Assembly (NCBI GenBank): GCA_963718235.1
Contig: CAVQYR010000002.1
Location: forward strand, 512,001-576,000
Length of the DNA: 64,000 nt
Direction of reading: 5' to 3'
Origin: an uncultured Actinomycetota bacterium
Lineage (GTDB): Bacteria > Actinomycetota > Actinomycetes > JAHEKZ01
Shown here: positions 39,261 through 48,545 of the stretch, one piece after another
How the letters are laid out: each line of letters opens with the position of its first letter
How positions within the stretch are numbered: the first letter of the stretch is position 1
Notes under the pieces: generated by a model
What the model saw: only the letters and a program-made list of their open reading frames with translations
Databases searched by the model: none
Told to the model about the DNA's origin: nothing
Program-made: the position numbers and the translations under genes

Positions 39261-40715
39261 ATGCAGGCACTGCGCCCCGCGGCGCGCGGCTACATCGCGG
39301 TGGTCATCACCATGGCCGCCGTGGCTGTCGTCGTGTCGATGGCGGCCGCCCTCGGAGTCATCGACGTCGAGATTCTGCGCATCTCCGAGGTTGACGATTT
39401 TTGGCAAACGATCATCGTGCTCGCCCCCGTGTACGTCCTCGCCACCTCCACACCGTCGGCCATGGCGGTCCCGGTGGCCATGATGGCGAACGTCCCGGTG
39501 CTCTTCGCGGCCTACCTGATCGCCGGTCCGGCCGCCGCCGTCCTCGTCGCCGCGTCCGGGCTCCTCGCGTTCACCTCGGTCCCGTGGGTCAAGCGAGGTT
39601 TCAACACCGCCCAGTTCACCCTGATCGGCCTGGGCGCCGGCCTGGTCTACGTGATGCTCGACGGCCCCTTCGCCGAGGACTTCGCGGCGGCCAACTTCGG
39701 ACGGGACATCCTGGTTCCGGTCGTCGCCTCCAACGTCGCAGCGATGGTGCTGAACGGGCTCCTGCTCTTCGGCGTGCTCCGTACCGCCGAGGGACTGTCC
39801 TTCCGGTCCATGTGGCGCACCGTCATCGCCGGCTCGGCCGTGCCCTACCTCGGGTACGGGCTGTTCGGACTCCTCATGGCGGTGCTGTGGTCCGTCGGCA
39901 GCGGGTTCGGTGCGACTCTGGTGCTGCTTCCGCTGCTCATCGCCCGCTGGGCGTACCGGCAGTACGCCGAGCAGCAGCGGGCGTACGAGGCGACCATCGC
40001 CGCGATGGTGCAGGCGGTCGAGACCAAGGACCACTACACCCGTGGACACAGCGAGCGCGTGTCGCGAGCCGCAGTGATGATCGCCCGCGTCCGGGGCATG
40101 ACGGCGGACCGGGTGAACGCCCTGCGCTACGCCGGGATCCTGCACGACGTCGGCAAGCTGGGTGTGCCCACACGTTTGCTGCAGAAGACCGGCCCCCTGG
40201 CCGACGGTGAGTACGAGCGGATCAAGATGCACCCGGTGCACGGCACCGAGATGGTTCGTGGGATCACCTTCCTGGAAGAGGCGTACGAGGGGATCCTGCA
40301 CCACCACGAGCGCCTCGACGGTCTCGGCTACCCCAGCGGTCTGAAGGGCATGGACATCCCCGAGTTCGCCCGCGCCATCGCCGTCGCCGACGCCTTCGAC
40401 TCGATGACGTCGACCCGTTCGTACCGAGGGGCTCGCAGCGTCGAGAAGGCGCTGGAGGAGCTGGACCGCTGGAAGGGTACCCAGTTCGACCCGGCCATGG
40501 TCGACGCGCTCGTGACGGCATTGGAGCGCGAACCGTGGAAGACCACCGCGGTCGTCGTCGACACCGCTGACGGCGAGACGCCGGTCGCCGCGAGCTTCGA
40601 CCACGACGACCCGGGCGCCCCGATCCCACTTGGCAGCGACCAGGCCCTGGCTGCGGCCGCCGAGGAAGCCGAGAGCGCCCAGGTGTCGGCCCTGCGACGT
40701 CAGGACGACGCATGA
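39261..40715 (+). CDS. Membrane-bound HD-GYP c-di-GMP phosphodiesterase (catalytic motifs intact)
   Basis: Multi-TM N-terminus; KDHYTRGHSERV, LHDVGK, HPVHG, HHHERLDGLGYP, ADAFDSM, RSYR; AGGAG RBS. Confidence 0.9.
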   Translation: MQALRPAARGYIAVVITMAAVAVVVSMAAALGVIDVEILRISEVDDFWQTIIVLAPVYVLATSTPSAMAVPVAMMANVPVLFAAYLIAGPAAAVLVAASGLLAFTSVPWVKRGFNTAQFTLIGLGAGLVYVMLDGPFAEDFAAANFGRDILVPVVASNVAAMVLNGLLLFGVLRTAEGLSFRSMWRTVIAGSAVPYLGYGLFGLLMAVLWSVGSGFGATLVLLPLLIARWAYRQYAEQQRAYEATIAAMVQAVETKDHYTRGHSERVSRAAVMIARVRGMTADRVNALRYAGILHDVGKLGVPTRLLQKTGPLADGEYERIKMHPVHGTEMVRGITFLEEAYEGILHHHERLDGLGYPSGLKGMDIPEFARAIAVADAFDSMTSTRSYRGARSVEKALEELDRWKGTQFDPAMVDALVTALEREPWKTTAVVVDTADGETPVAASFDHDDPGAPIPLGSDQALAAAAEEAESAQVSALRRQDDA

Positions 40716-41995
40716 GGTCGCGCTGGTTCGACTCCTCGGCGGGCGCGACGCTCGTGGTGATCGGCGCGCTCCTGCTCGTGGCCGGTGCGGTGATGTCGAC
40801 GAGCGTCCAGGGTCTCGTCCAACCGATGATCGCCCTGGCCTTCGGCGGCTTCGTGGCGGTCGGTGAGCTGATCCGGATCAACCTGCCGGGAGACCGGGTG
40901 ACCGCTCCGCTGGGCGCGGCGGGTGCTCTGGGCTACGCCCTCCTGGAGAGCTTCGACGGGGTCCCGACGCAGTACGACGCCATGCAGGTGATCGCCGTGG
41001 TTGCGGTGGGCATGCTCGTCGGCACCGTGCCGCACGTGGCGGTGGGCCAGCCTCCCCGGCTCGAGGCGATGGCCCGCCGGATCCTCACGACGGCCTTCGC
41101 CGCGGCCATCTTCCGGCCGCTGTACACCTCCGGTGCCCTCGACGGGCTCGAGACGCCGGACTGGCAGCTGCCGGCGTTCATGCTCGTCGTCGTCGCGTGC
41201 AGCGGTTTCGTCGACGCCCTGCTCGCGGCACTGATCCGCAGCAGCCGCGAGCGGCTTCCGTTCCTCGCCGCACTTCGGGACGAGGGGCGCGCCTTCGTGG
41301 GGATCGGCTCGGTCATCGGTGCCACCGGCGTCCTGATCGCGCTGGCCGCCGAGGTCATGGGCTACTGGGCGCTGCCCATCTTCGCGATCCCGCTGCTCAT
41401 CGCCCAGTTCTCCTTCCGCCGGTACGCAGCGATCCGAGCCACCTACACCCAGACGATCCGGGCACTGTCCCGCGTCACCGAGGTGGGTGGGTACACCGAG
41501 ACCGGGCATGCCCGCCGGGTCAGCCAGCTCGCCCTGGCGGTGGGGCGCGAGATGGGGCTGTCGGAGTCTGCCCTGATCGACCTGGAGTACAGCGCCCTCA
41601 TGCACGACATCGGCCAGCTGTCGTTGTCCGACCCGATCCCCGGCGGAGCGACGGTCATGGTCGCGCCGGACGAGCAGCGCCGGATCGCCGGCCTGGGTGC
41701 CGAGGTCATCCGCAAGACGGGGGTCCTGGACCGGGTCGCGGTGATCGTCGAGTGCCAGAGCGAGCCCTACCGCCGCCCAGGACAGCCCCTGGACGCCGGG
41801 ATCCCGCTGGCGAGTCGGATCATCCGGGCGGTCAACGCCTACGACGACCGGGTCGGCGGGTTGAACGACCTCGAGCACCAGCTTGCCGCGCTCGAGCAGC
41901 TGCGGCTGGGCATGGCCTACGACTACGACCCACGGGTCGTGGAGACCCTGAGCCGGGTCGTGGAGCGCAACTCCCGGCTCGGCGTCCAGCCCTAG
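40712..41995 (+). CDS. Membrane-bound degenerate HD-GYP protein
   Basis: Multi-TM N-terminus; GHARRV and MHDIGQ retained; HHE..GYP replaced by CQSEPYRRPG; VNAYDD; ATGA overlap with the upstream gene. Confidence 0.82.
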   Translation: MRSRWFDSSAGATLVVIGALLLVAGAVMSTSVQGLVQPMIALAFGGFVAVGELIRINLPGDRVTAPLGAAGALGYALLESFDGVPTQYDAMQVIAVVAVGMLVGTVPHVAVGQPPRLEAMARRILTTAFAAAIFRPLYTSGALDGLETPDWQLPAFMLVVVACSGFVDALLAALIRSSRERLPFLAALRDEGRAFVGIGSVIGATGVLIALAAEVMGYWALPIFAIPLLIAQFSFRRYAAIRATYTQTIRALSRVTEVGGYTETGHARRVSQLALAVGREMGLSESALIDLEYSALMHDIGQLSLSDPIPGGATVMVAPDEQRRIAGLGAEVIRKTGVLDRVAVIVECQSEPYRRPGQPLDAGIPLASRIIRAVNAYDDRVGGLNDLEHQLAALEQLRLGMAYDYDPRVVETLSRVVERNSRLGVQP

Positions 41996-42070
41996 CCGGC
42001 CGGAGGCGACCGCGTCGCGTGCTTGGATGGCGCTGCGTGTGCTGCACGCGACGAGGCGAAGGGAGCCACG

Positions 42071-42304
42071 GTGGCTGAGCAGGTCCGCGCGGAGATGGTC
42101 GCGAACGTCCTGAAGGTCCTGGTGGGTGCCGGCGACCCGGTGGCCGCCGGAGACGCCGTGGTGATCCTGGAGTCGATGAAGATGGAGATCCCGGTCCTGG
42201 TCGAGCACGCGGGAACCGTGGTGGCGATCGACGTCCAGGAGGGCGACGTGGTCCAGGAGGGCGACGTCATGGTCGAGGTCGCCGACGCGGTCGCGGCCGG
42301 CTGA
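42071..42304 (+). CDS. Stand-alone biotinyl/lipoyl carrier protein (TB7.3-like)
   Basis: VRAEMVANV...LESMKMEIPV...VQEGD. Confidence 0.9.
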   Translation: MAEQVRAEMVANVLKVLVGAGDPVAAGDAVVILESMKMEIPVLVEHAGTVVAIDVQEGDVVQEGDVMVEVADAVAAG

Positions 42305-42395
42305 GCCCGGCTGACCCCGGCCGAATCTGACCGCGGACCGCAGCGCGGCAGTCATTCGGGTAAAGGTCGACGCCGCAGGCACCGACACATTCCCC

Positions 42396-43569
42396 GTGGA
42401 GAGCTCCAGTGAGACCCTCGACGCCATCCGTGCGCCTCTGATCGAGGCCGCCCTGGACCCGGCGACCGGCAGCGACCTGAGCTCGAGCGCGCCGGTCTCC
42501 GTCGAGCCGTTCCTGCGCGCTCTGGTCGACCTCGGCGGCTCCGACCTGCACTGCAAGACCGGCTCGCCGCCCCGGGTCCGGATCGACGGGCGGCTGCGCA
42601 AGCTCCAGGCCCGTACCCTCACCGCCGTCGACACCGAGTTCATGGCCTCTGAGGTCCTGCGCGACGACCTGATCGAGCAGTTCGCCCACAGCAACGAGGC
42701 CGACTTCGCCTACTCGCTGCCGGGCGTGGGCCGGTTCCGGGTCAACGCCTTCCGGGCCCGTGGGTCGGCCGGACTCGTCTTTCGTCGGGTGTCGGTCGGC
42801 GCGATCGAGCTGGAGGACCTGGGGCTGCCCCAGGTCGTCGGTGCCCTGTCGCTGGAGCCGCGCGGACTGGTGCTGGTCACCGGCCCGACCGGTTCGGGCA
42901 AGACGACGACCCTCGCGGGCATGATCGACAACATCAACCAGAACCGCGAGGTCCACATCGTCACGATCGAGGACCCGATCGAGGTCCTGCACTACGACAA
43001 GCTCTCGATGATCAACCAGCGCGAGATCCGGATCGACACCCAGGACTTCGCCACCGCGCTGCGGGCCGGCATGCGCCAGGACCCCGACGTCATCCTGGTC
43101 GGTGAGATGCGCGACTCCGAGACGGTCAAGGCCGCCCTGGCTGCCGCAGAGACCGGCCACTTCGTCATGTCGACCCTGCACACCACTGACGCGGCTGAGA
43201 CGGTCAACCGAGTCATCGACTTCTTCCCACCCCACGAGCAGAAGCAGATCCGGCTCACCTTGGCCGAGTCCCTGCGCGGCATCCTGTGTCAGCGCCTCGT
43301 CCAGCGAGCCGACGGCTACGGGCGGTGCGTGGCGATGGAGGTGCTCGTCAACACCGGCCGGATCGCCGACGCGATCTCCGACCCGGACAAGACGTCGACG
43401 ATCACCCAGCTCGTGAGCGAGGGCTCGCTACTACGGCATGCAGACGTTCGACCAGCACCTGGTCTCGCTGATCCGCGACGGCGTCATCACGCTGGAGTCG
43501 GCGATGCTCGCCTCGTCGAGCCCGCACGACCTGACCGTCGAGCTGCGTCGTCTGGGCCTGGTCGCCTAA
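42396..43569 (+). CDS. pilT: PilT/PilU family type IV pilus retraction ATPase; +1 frameshift near 43428
   Basis: GSDLH, RFRVN, GPTGSGKTTT, TIEDPIE, QRE, RQDPDVILVGEMRD, TLHT. The C-terminal YYGMQTFDQHL...TAA 43567 is in the shifted frame. Confidence 0.85.
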
Positions 43570-43601
43570 TCTTGAGGTCGCGCCGCTCGTAGGGTGGCGC
43601 C

Positions 43602-43985
43602 ATGGGTATCGACGTCGGTCTGACCGCCGGGCTCGTCCACACCGTGGGTGTCGAGGACACCGCACGCTACGTCGGCAGCGGTGACCTTGACGTACTCGCC
43701 ACGCCTCGCCTGCTGGCCCTGGCCGAGGCGGCGACAGTGGCCGCCCTCGACGAGGCGCTGCCGGCCGGTCAGACCTCGGTCGGGACCCGGGTCGAGCTGG
43801 AGCACCTCAGGCCCACGCCGGTGGGCGAGACGGTCACCGTGGCAGCCGCGCTGCAGCACGTCGACGGCCGGCTCCTGCGTTTCGAGGTGGTCGTCACCGA
43901 CGACGCCGACCAGCTGGTGGGTCGGGCGCAGGTCACCAGAGTCGTCGTCGACCGCAGCGACTTCCTGGACCGGGCACGGCGCTGA
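43602..43985 (+). CDS. FlK-like hotdog-fold thioesterase
   Basis: DTA..VGSGDLDVLATPRLLALAE, SVGT..ELEH..PTPVG, RVVVD. Confidence 0.87.
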   Translation: MGIDVGLTAGLVHTVGVEDTARYVGSGDLDVLATPRLLALAEAATVAALDEALPAGQTSVGTRVELEHLRPTPVGETVTVAAALQHVDGRLLRFEVVVTDDADQLVGRAQVTRVVVDRSDFLDRARR

Positions 43986-44018
43986 GCCGCCCGACGGCTG
44001 CCCAGGTGAGCGGATCGG

Positions 44019-44189
44019 TCAGCGGATCGGCAGCCGGCTCCACGCCAGGGCCTCGTCGCGCCAGTCGCGCGGTGAGCCGGGGGGCCGGGTCGACCGGTCG
44101 CGTCGGGTGGTGCGGACCGTGGCCACCAGCGTGGCCAGGACGAGGAGGACGGCCACGAGCAGCCAGAACGAGGTCAGCGAGAGGGTCAT
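44019..44189 (-). CDS. 56-aa single-pass membrane protein divergent from the AraC regulator
   Basis: Manual translation MTLSLTSFWLLVAVLLVLATLVATVRTTRRDRSTRPPGSPRDWRDEALAWSRLPIR; GC3-biased codons. Confidence 0.6.
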   Translation of the reverse strand: MTLSLTSFWLLVAVLLVLATLVATVRTTRRDRSTRPPGSPRDWRDEALAWSRLPIR

Positions 44190-44216
44190 GGCAGTAACTG
44201 TGTCATCGCTGACTTG

Positions 44217-44285
44217 CTGCCACCAGTGGCAGTTTTGCCCGCTTTCGCATTATTCCTGCCATTTCCTGCCTTTTCCTGCCATACT
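44217..44285. promoter_or_regulatory. AdpA/GlxA-type operator array and -10 box
   Basis: Inverted repeat CTGCCAC-ca-GTGGCAG (44217-44232); TTCCTGCC x3 at 10-bp period (44253-44280); CATACT 7 nt before the GTG. Confidence 0.6.
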
Positions 44286-44292
44286 GCGTCCC

Positions 44293-45237
44293 GTGCTGCA
44301 TGACGTGGTCGTCGTGGCCCTCCCGGGCGTGGCCCCCTTCGAGCTGGGCGTCGTGTGCGAGGTCTTCGGGATCGACCGGTCCGACCAGGGGCTCCCGGAC
44401 TTCGACTTCGCCGTGGTTGCCGCCGAACCCGGCCCCGTGACGACCTCGGTCGGTCTCGACCTCGTGGTCACCGAAGGACTCGACCGGGCGGAGTCGGCCG
44501 ACCTGATCTGCGTCCCGGCCGCCGACCACGAGCGGCCGGTCCCCCCTGCGGTGCTGAACCTGCTTCGGCGTGCGGTCGAGCGGGGAGCCCGGGTGCTGAG
44601 CGTGTGCAGCGGGGCCTACGTGCTGGCCGAGGCGGGGATCCTGGACGGTCGCCGCTGCACGACGCACTGGTACCACCTGAGCGACTTCGTCCGGCGGTAT
44701 CCACAGCTGGACACCGTGTGCGACGTGCTCTACGTCGAGGACGGCCCGGTGGTGACCAGCGCGGGCACGGCCTCGGGGATCGACGCCTGCCTGCACATCG
44801 TCCGCCAGGAGCTCGGCGCCGAGGCGGCCAACGGCATCGCCCGGCGGATGGTCGTGTCGCCTCACCGCGAAGGTGGGCAGGCCCAGTTCATCGAGACGCC
44901 GGTTCCGGAGGTCGCTGCCGACACCCTCGCGCCGGTCCTGGCCTGGTTGCAGGCGCATCTGGACGACGACGTCACGATCGACGAGCTGGCCGCCCGAGCC
45001 CACCTGTCACCGCGCACGTTCGCCCGCCGCTTCCGGGCCGAGACCGGCACCACGCCGCACCACTGGCTGATCCAGCAGCGGCTGGGGCGGGCCGAGCTGC
45101 TGCTGGAGTCGACCGACGAGCCCGTCGAGCGGGTGGCCGTGCTGTCCGGGTTCGGCTCGGCGACGGCCCTGCGGCACCACTTCACCCGCCGTCGCGGGAC
45201 CTCACCGCAGTCCTACCGGCGTTCGTTCAGACGCTAG
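44293..45237 (+). CDS. GlxA/AdpA-family regulator (DJ-1/PfpI + AraC HTH)
   Basis: FELGVVCEVFG, SVCSGA, TTHW, TSAGTASGID, PHREGGQAQF, LSPRTFARRF, SGFGS. Confidence 0.92.
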   Translation: MLHDVVVVALPGVAPFELGVVCEVFGIDRSDQGLPDFDFAVVAAEPGPVTTSVGLDLVVTEGLDRAESADLICVPAADHERPVPPAVLNLLRRAVERGARVLSVCSGAYVLAEAGILDGRRCTTHWYHLSDFVRRYPQLDTVCDVLYVEDGPVVTSAGTASGIDACLHIVRQELGAEAANGIARRMVVSPHREGGQAQFIETPVPEVAADTLAPVLAWLQAHLDDDVTIDELAARAHLSPRTFARRFRAETGTTPHHWLIQQRLGRAELLLESTDEPVERVAVLSGFGSATALRHHFTRRRGTSPQSYRRSFRR

Positions 45238-45824
45238 GGGCCGGGCCGGCTCTGAGGCTGGGCGTCCGAGCGCACGAGGTCACGCTCGTGCGCCAGCAGC
45301 CGCAGGCCGGGCACCGGCTCCCAGTCGCGCTCGGTGGCCCGACGAAAGCCCAGCCGCCGGTACAGCCGAAGGGCTGCCTCGTTGCCGTCGAGCACCACCA
45401 GGACGATCCGACCCACCCCCTCGCCGGCCAGCAGACCGGCGACCTCGCTGACCAGCCGGTCTGCGACTCCCTGGCCCCAGGCCCTCGGGGAGACGGCGAG
45501 CATCCGGATCTCGGCCTCTCCGGGGCGGGCGATCTCCGACCACACCGTCGAGGTCCGGCACACGGTGACGGTGCCCAGCAGCGTGTCGTCGCGGGGGTCG
45601 ACCGCGACGAGCAGCTGGGCCTCCTCGGCTCGTTTCGCGGCGTCGCGCAGGGCCTGCACGTACCCGGTGTCACCGTCGGCCAGCGCGCCGCCGGCCTCGT
45701 AGGCAGCCAGGGTCAGGGTGCCGACGGCGGTCAGCTCGTCCGGCCGTGCCTCCCGGACCTGCACGGGAGTGTCTCCGGAGGTGTGCTCGAGAGTGTCCTC
45801 GTGGGTGTCGTCGCGCACGGTCAC
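45234..45824 (-). CDS. GNAT family N-acetyltransferase
   Basis: EIRMLAVSPRAWGQGVA, NEAALRLYRRLGF. Confidence 0.85.
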   Translation of the reverse strand: MTVRDDTHEDTLEHTSGDTPVQVREARPDELTAVGTLTLAAYEAGGALADGDTGYVQALRDAAKRAEEAQLLVAVDPRDDTLLGTVTVCRTSTVWSEIARPGEAEIRMLAVSPRAWGQGVADRLVSEVAGLLAGEGVGRIVLVVLDGNEAALRLYRRLGFRRATERDWEPVPGLRLLAHERDLVRSDAQPQSRPGP

Positions 45825-47473
45825 ACCCCGGTGGTGCTGCGGGGGTAGGGGACCTCGGGGTCGGTGACCACGTTGACCAGGTAGGGCGCGCCGCTGGCGA
45901 ACGCCCGGTCGAGGGCCGGGCCGATCTGGTCGGGATCGGTCACCGTCTCGCCCTGGCCACCGAGGGCCCGCACGACGTCGTCGTAGCGGGTCTGCGGCTG
46001 CAGGTCGGCGGCGACGTCGTAGCCGTAGAGGAGGCGCATCGGGTGCTTCTCCAGCCCCCAGGCACCGTTGTTGCCCACGACCATGACGACCGGCAGGCGG
46101 TGGCGGACCAGGGTGTCGACGTCCATGAGCGAGAAGCCGGCGGCGCCGTCGCCGAGCAGCAGCACGACCTGGCTGTCCGGGTGGGCCAGCCGGGCGGCCA
46201 TTGCGTAGCCCAGGCCGGTGCCCAGGCAGCCGAACGGGCCGGGGTCGAGCCAGCGCCCGGGCAGCGCAGGCTCGATGAAGCGGCCGGCGAACGAGACGAA
46301 GTCGCCGCCGTCGCCGATGACGACGGCGTCGCGGTCGAGCCGAGGGATCAGCTCGCCGTAGATCCGGGCCGGGTGGATCGGCTGCGCCGGTGAGTGAAGC
46401 AGCTCCTGGTCGAGCAGGCGGGCGGCGGTGGTCGCCTCGGCGAGGTCGCCCGCCCAGGCCGGGTCACGCCCGGGTGACCCCGACCAGGTGCTCGTGAGGT
46501 GCTCGAGCATCGGGCTGAGCGGTCCGGCGGCGCTGGCGCCGAGGGTGACGTGCTGGGCCAGGCGGGCGGGGGAGTCGACCAGGTGGACGACCGTGGCGGG
46601 GGGGCCAGCGTCGGGCTCCTTGCCGCCGAAGACCCCGTACCCGAGCCGGAAGTCGAGCGGGGTTCCGACCACCACGACGAGGTCGGCCCCACCCAGGGCG
46701 CGACCGCGGGCGCGGGTCACGAGCAGCGGGTGCTCGGCCGGCAGCACGCCGCGCCCCATCCCGTTGGCGATGGTCGGGACGCCCAGGGCGTCGACGAACG
46801 CCCGGGCCGCGTGCTCGGCGCCGTCCAGCCACACGTCGGAGCCGAGGACGACGACCGGCCGGACGGCCCCGGCGAGCAGGCCGGCCACGCGCTCGAGGTC
46901 GGCCGGGTCGGCCTCGGGTCTGGGGGTCGGGGTGACCGCGGGGACGGTGACCTCGGCCCGGGCGAAGAAGTGGTCGATCGCCACATCCAGGAAGACCGGC
47001 CCCCGGGGGGCCGAGACGGCCAGCCGCAGGGCCTGGTCGACCTGCTCGGCGATCGTGGCCTCGCCGGTGATGGTGGTCGACGCCTTGGTCACGGGTGCGA
47101 GCAGCGGGGGGTGGTCCAGCTCCTGCAGGGCGCCGTCGCCCCATCGATAGGCCGGAGCCCGACCCCCGAGGACGAGCACGGGCGCCCCGTTGAACCAGGC
47201 AGTCGTGACGGCGCTCACCGCGTTGGTGACGCCGGGACCGGCAGTGACCGCGGCCATCGTGGGGCGGCGGGTGAGTCGGGCCAAGGCCTCTGCGGCGAAG
47301 ACGGCCGTCTGCTCGTGGCGCACGTCGACCAGCAGGACCGCGCCGTCCGTGGCCACGGCGGCGTCGTACAGGGGGAAGATGTGCGCCCCCGACAAGGTGA
47401 AGACGGTGTCGACGCCGTGCGCGCGGGCCGCGGCGAGGGCGAGGGTGCCGCCGTGCCCTTCGAGCGTGCTCAT
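45821..47473 (-). CDS. ThDP-dependent enzyme, acetolactate synthase / 2-hydroxyacyl-CoA lyase-like (IlvG-like)
   Basis: [37 protein letters not shown]...NN ThDP motif. Confidence 0.87.
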   Translation of the reverse strand: MSTLEGHGGTLALAAARAHGVDTVFTLSGAHIFPLYDAAVATDGAVLLVDVRHEQTAVFAAEALARLTRRPTMAAVTAGPGVTNAVSAVTTAWFNGAPVLVLGGRAPAYRWGDGALQELDHPPLLAPVTKASTTITGEATIAEQVDQALRLAVSAPRGPVFLDVAIDHFFARAEVTVPAVTPTPRPEADPADLERVAGLLAGAVRPVVVLGSDVWLDGAEHAARAFVDALGVPTIANGMGRGVLPAEHPLLVTRARGRALGGADLVVVVGTPLDFRLGYGVFGGKEPDAGPPATVVHLVDSPARLAQHVTLGASAAGPLSPMLEHLTSTWSGSPGRDPAWAGDLAEATTAARLLDQELLHSPAQPIHPARIYGELIPRLDRDAVVIGDGGDFVSFAGRFIEPALPGRWLDPGPFGCLGTGLGYAMAARLAHPDSQVVLLLGDGAAGFSLMDVDTLVRHRLPVVMVVGNNGAWGLEKHPMRLLYGYDVAADLQPQTRYDDVVRALGGQGETVTDPDQIGPALDRAFASGAPYLVNVVTDPEVPYPRSTTGV

Positions 47474-47501
47474 CCTCGGGGTCGGGGGCCGGTCACCCCG
47501 G

Positions 47502-47750
47502 TCAGGCGCTGGCCCGGGCCCGAGCCGTACGTCGCTTCAGGGCGCGGCGCTCATCCTCGCTCAGGCCACCCCAGACGCCGGCGTCCTGTCCGGTCTCGAG
47601 GGCCCACTGGAGGCAGGCGTCGACGACCTCGCAACGATGGCAGACCGCGCGTGCCTCCTCGATCTGCAGCAGGGCGGGGCCAGTGTTGCCGATGGGGAAG
47701 AACAGCTCGGGGTCCTCGTCACGGCAGGCGGCACGGTGGCGCCAGTCCAT
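47502..47750 (-). CDS. whiB1: WhiB1/WblE Fe-S transcription factor
   Basis: [32 protein letters not shown].....[21 protein letters not shown]. Confidence 0.95.
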   Translation of the reverse strand: MDWRHRAACRDEDPELFFPIGNTGPALLQIEEARAVCHRCEVVDACLQWALETGQDAGVWGGLSEDERRALKRRTARARASA

Positions 47751-47814
47751 GCGGATCCACTCTCCTCGGGCTCGGTGCGAGGCGGCGCCCTCGCGGGACC
47801 GGGATGTCCCGGCT

Positions 47815-47830
47815 TGTGAACGCGTTCACG
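47815..47830. promoter_or_regulatory. CRP/GlxR-like palindrome upstream of whiB1
   Basis: TGTGA-acgcgt-TCACG, containing the perfect 14-bp palindrome GTGAACGCGTTCAC. Confidence 0.5.
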
Positions 47831-48076
47831 AGGGGTTCCGTTCCGGAGAGGCTCAGGTCCGGGGAGGCTCGCAGGCGTTCGGGGAGTGCGTTCACGGGGA
47901 CGCCGGCCCCGGTCGACACGCGACCTCAAGCCTCGCAGACGCGTCCGGGGCGCACAAGATGAAATCGGAACCAACTGCCTCCGTCGGTTGTCGGGTTGGT
48001 CACACGACTCCGGGACGGCCGGACCGGACCCCTCACCCCCGGGCCGCACCGAGCGAGGCTGGCTACCCTTCGACGC

Positions 48077-48496
48077 GTGACGGACGAGCCGAGAACCCCT
48101 GAGAGCACGGCCTCCTCGCCCCCACAGCTGCGCACCCTGGCCGCCCTGGCCGGCCTGCAGGGCGTGGCCATGCTCGGCTACGTCGCGGTCGACATCGTCG
48201 TCGCGGCGTCGGAGGCGGAGGCCAACTGGGGAGCCGTGGCCTTCACAGCGACCCTGCTCGGGCTGTGGGGCGCCGGGCTCTTGCTGTGCGCGCGGGGCCT
48301 GCTTCGGCTGCGCCGATGGGCGTTCACCCCGGTGGTGTTCACCCAGCTGATCTTCGGTGCGATCGGCCTGAGCGTGCTCCGGTCGGCGTCGGTCGGCGCC
48401 AAGGTGGCCTGGGTCGTGATCCTGGTGCTCGCCGTGGTCGCCCTGGCGCTGGCCTTCAGCCGTCCGGTCAGGGACGCCGTGACGTCCCCCCGGTAG
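48077..48496 (+). CDS. Four-TM membrane protein (whiB1-neighbouring family)
   Basis: Hydrophobic helices with the GLLRLRRWAFTPVVFTQL motif; TACCCT -10 box before the GTG (leaderless). Confidence 0.7.
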   Translation: MTDEPRTPESTASSPPQLRTLAALAGLQGVAMLGYVAVDIVVAASEAEANWGAVAFTATLLGLWGAGLLLCARGLLRLRRWAFTPVVFTQLIFGAIGLSVLRSASVGAKVAWVVILVLAVVALALAFSRPVRDAVTSPR

Positions 48497-48545
48497 CCGG
48501 CCATGCGGGGGAGTGGCCCCGCTCGTCGTGCGTCATGATCGTGGG

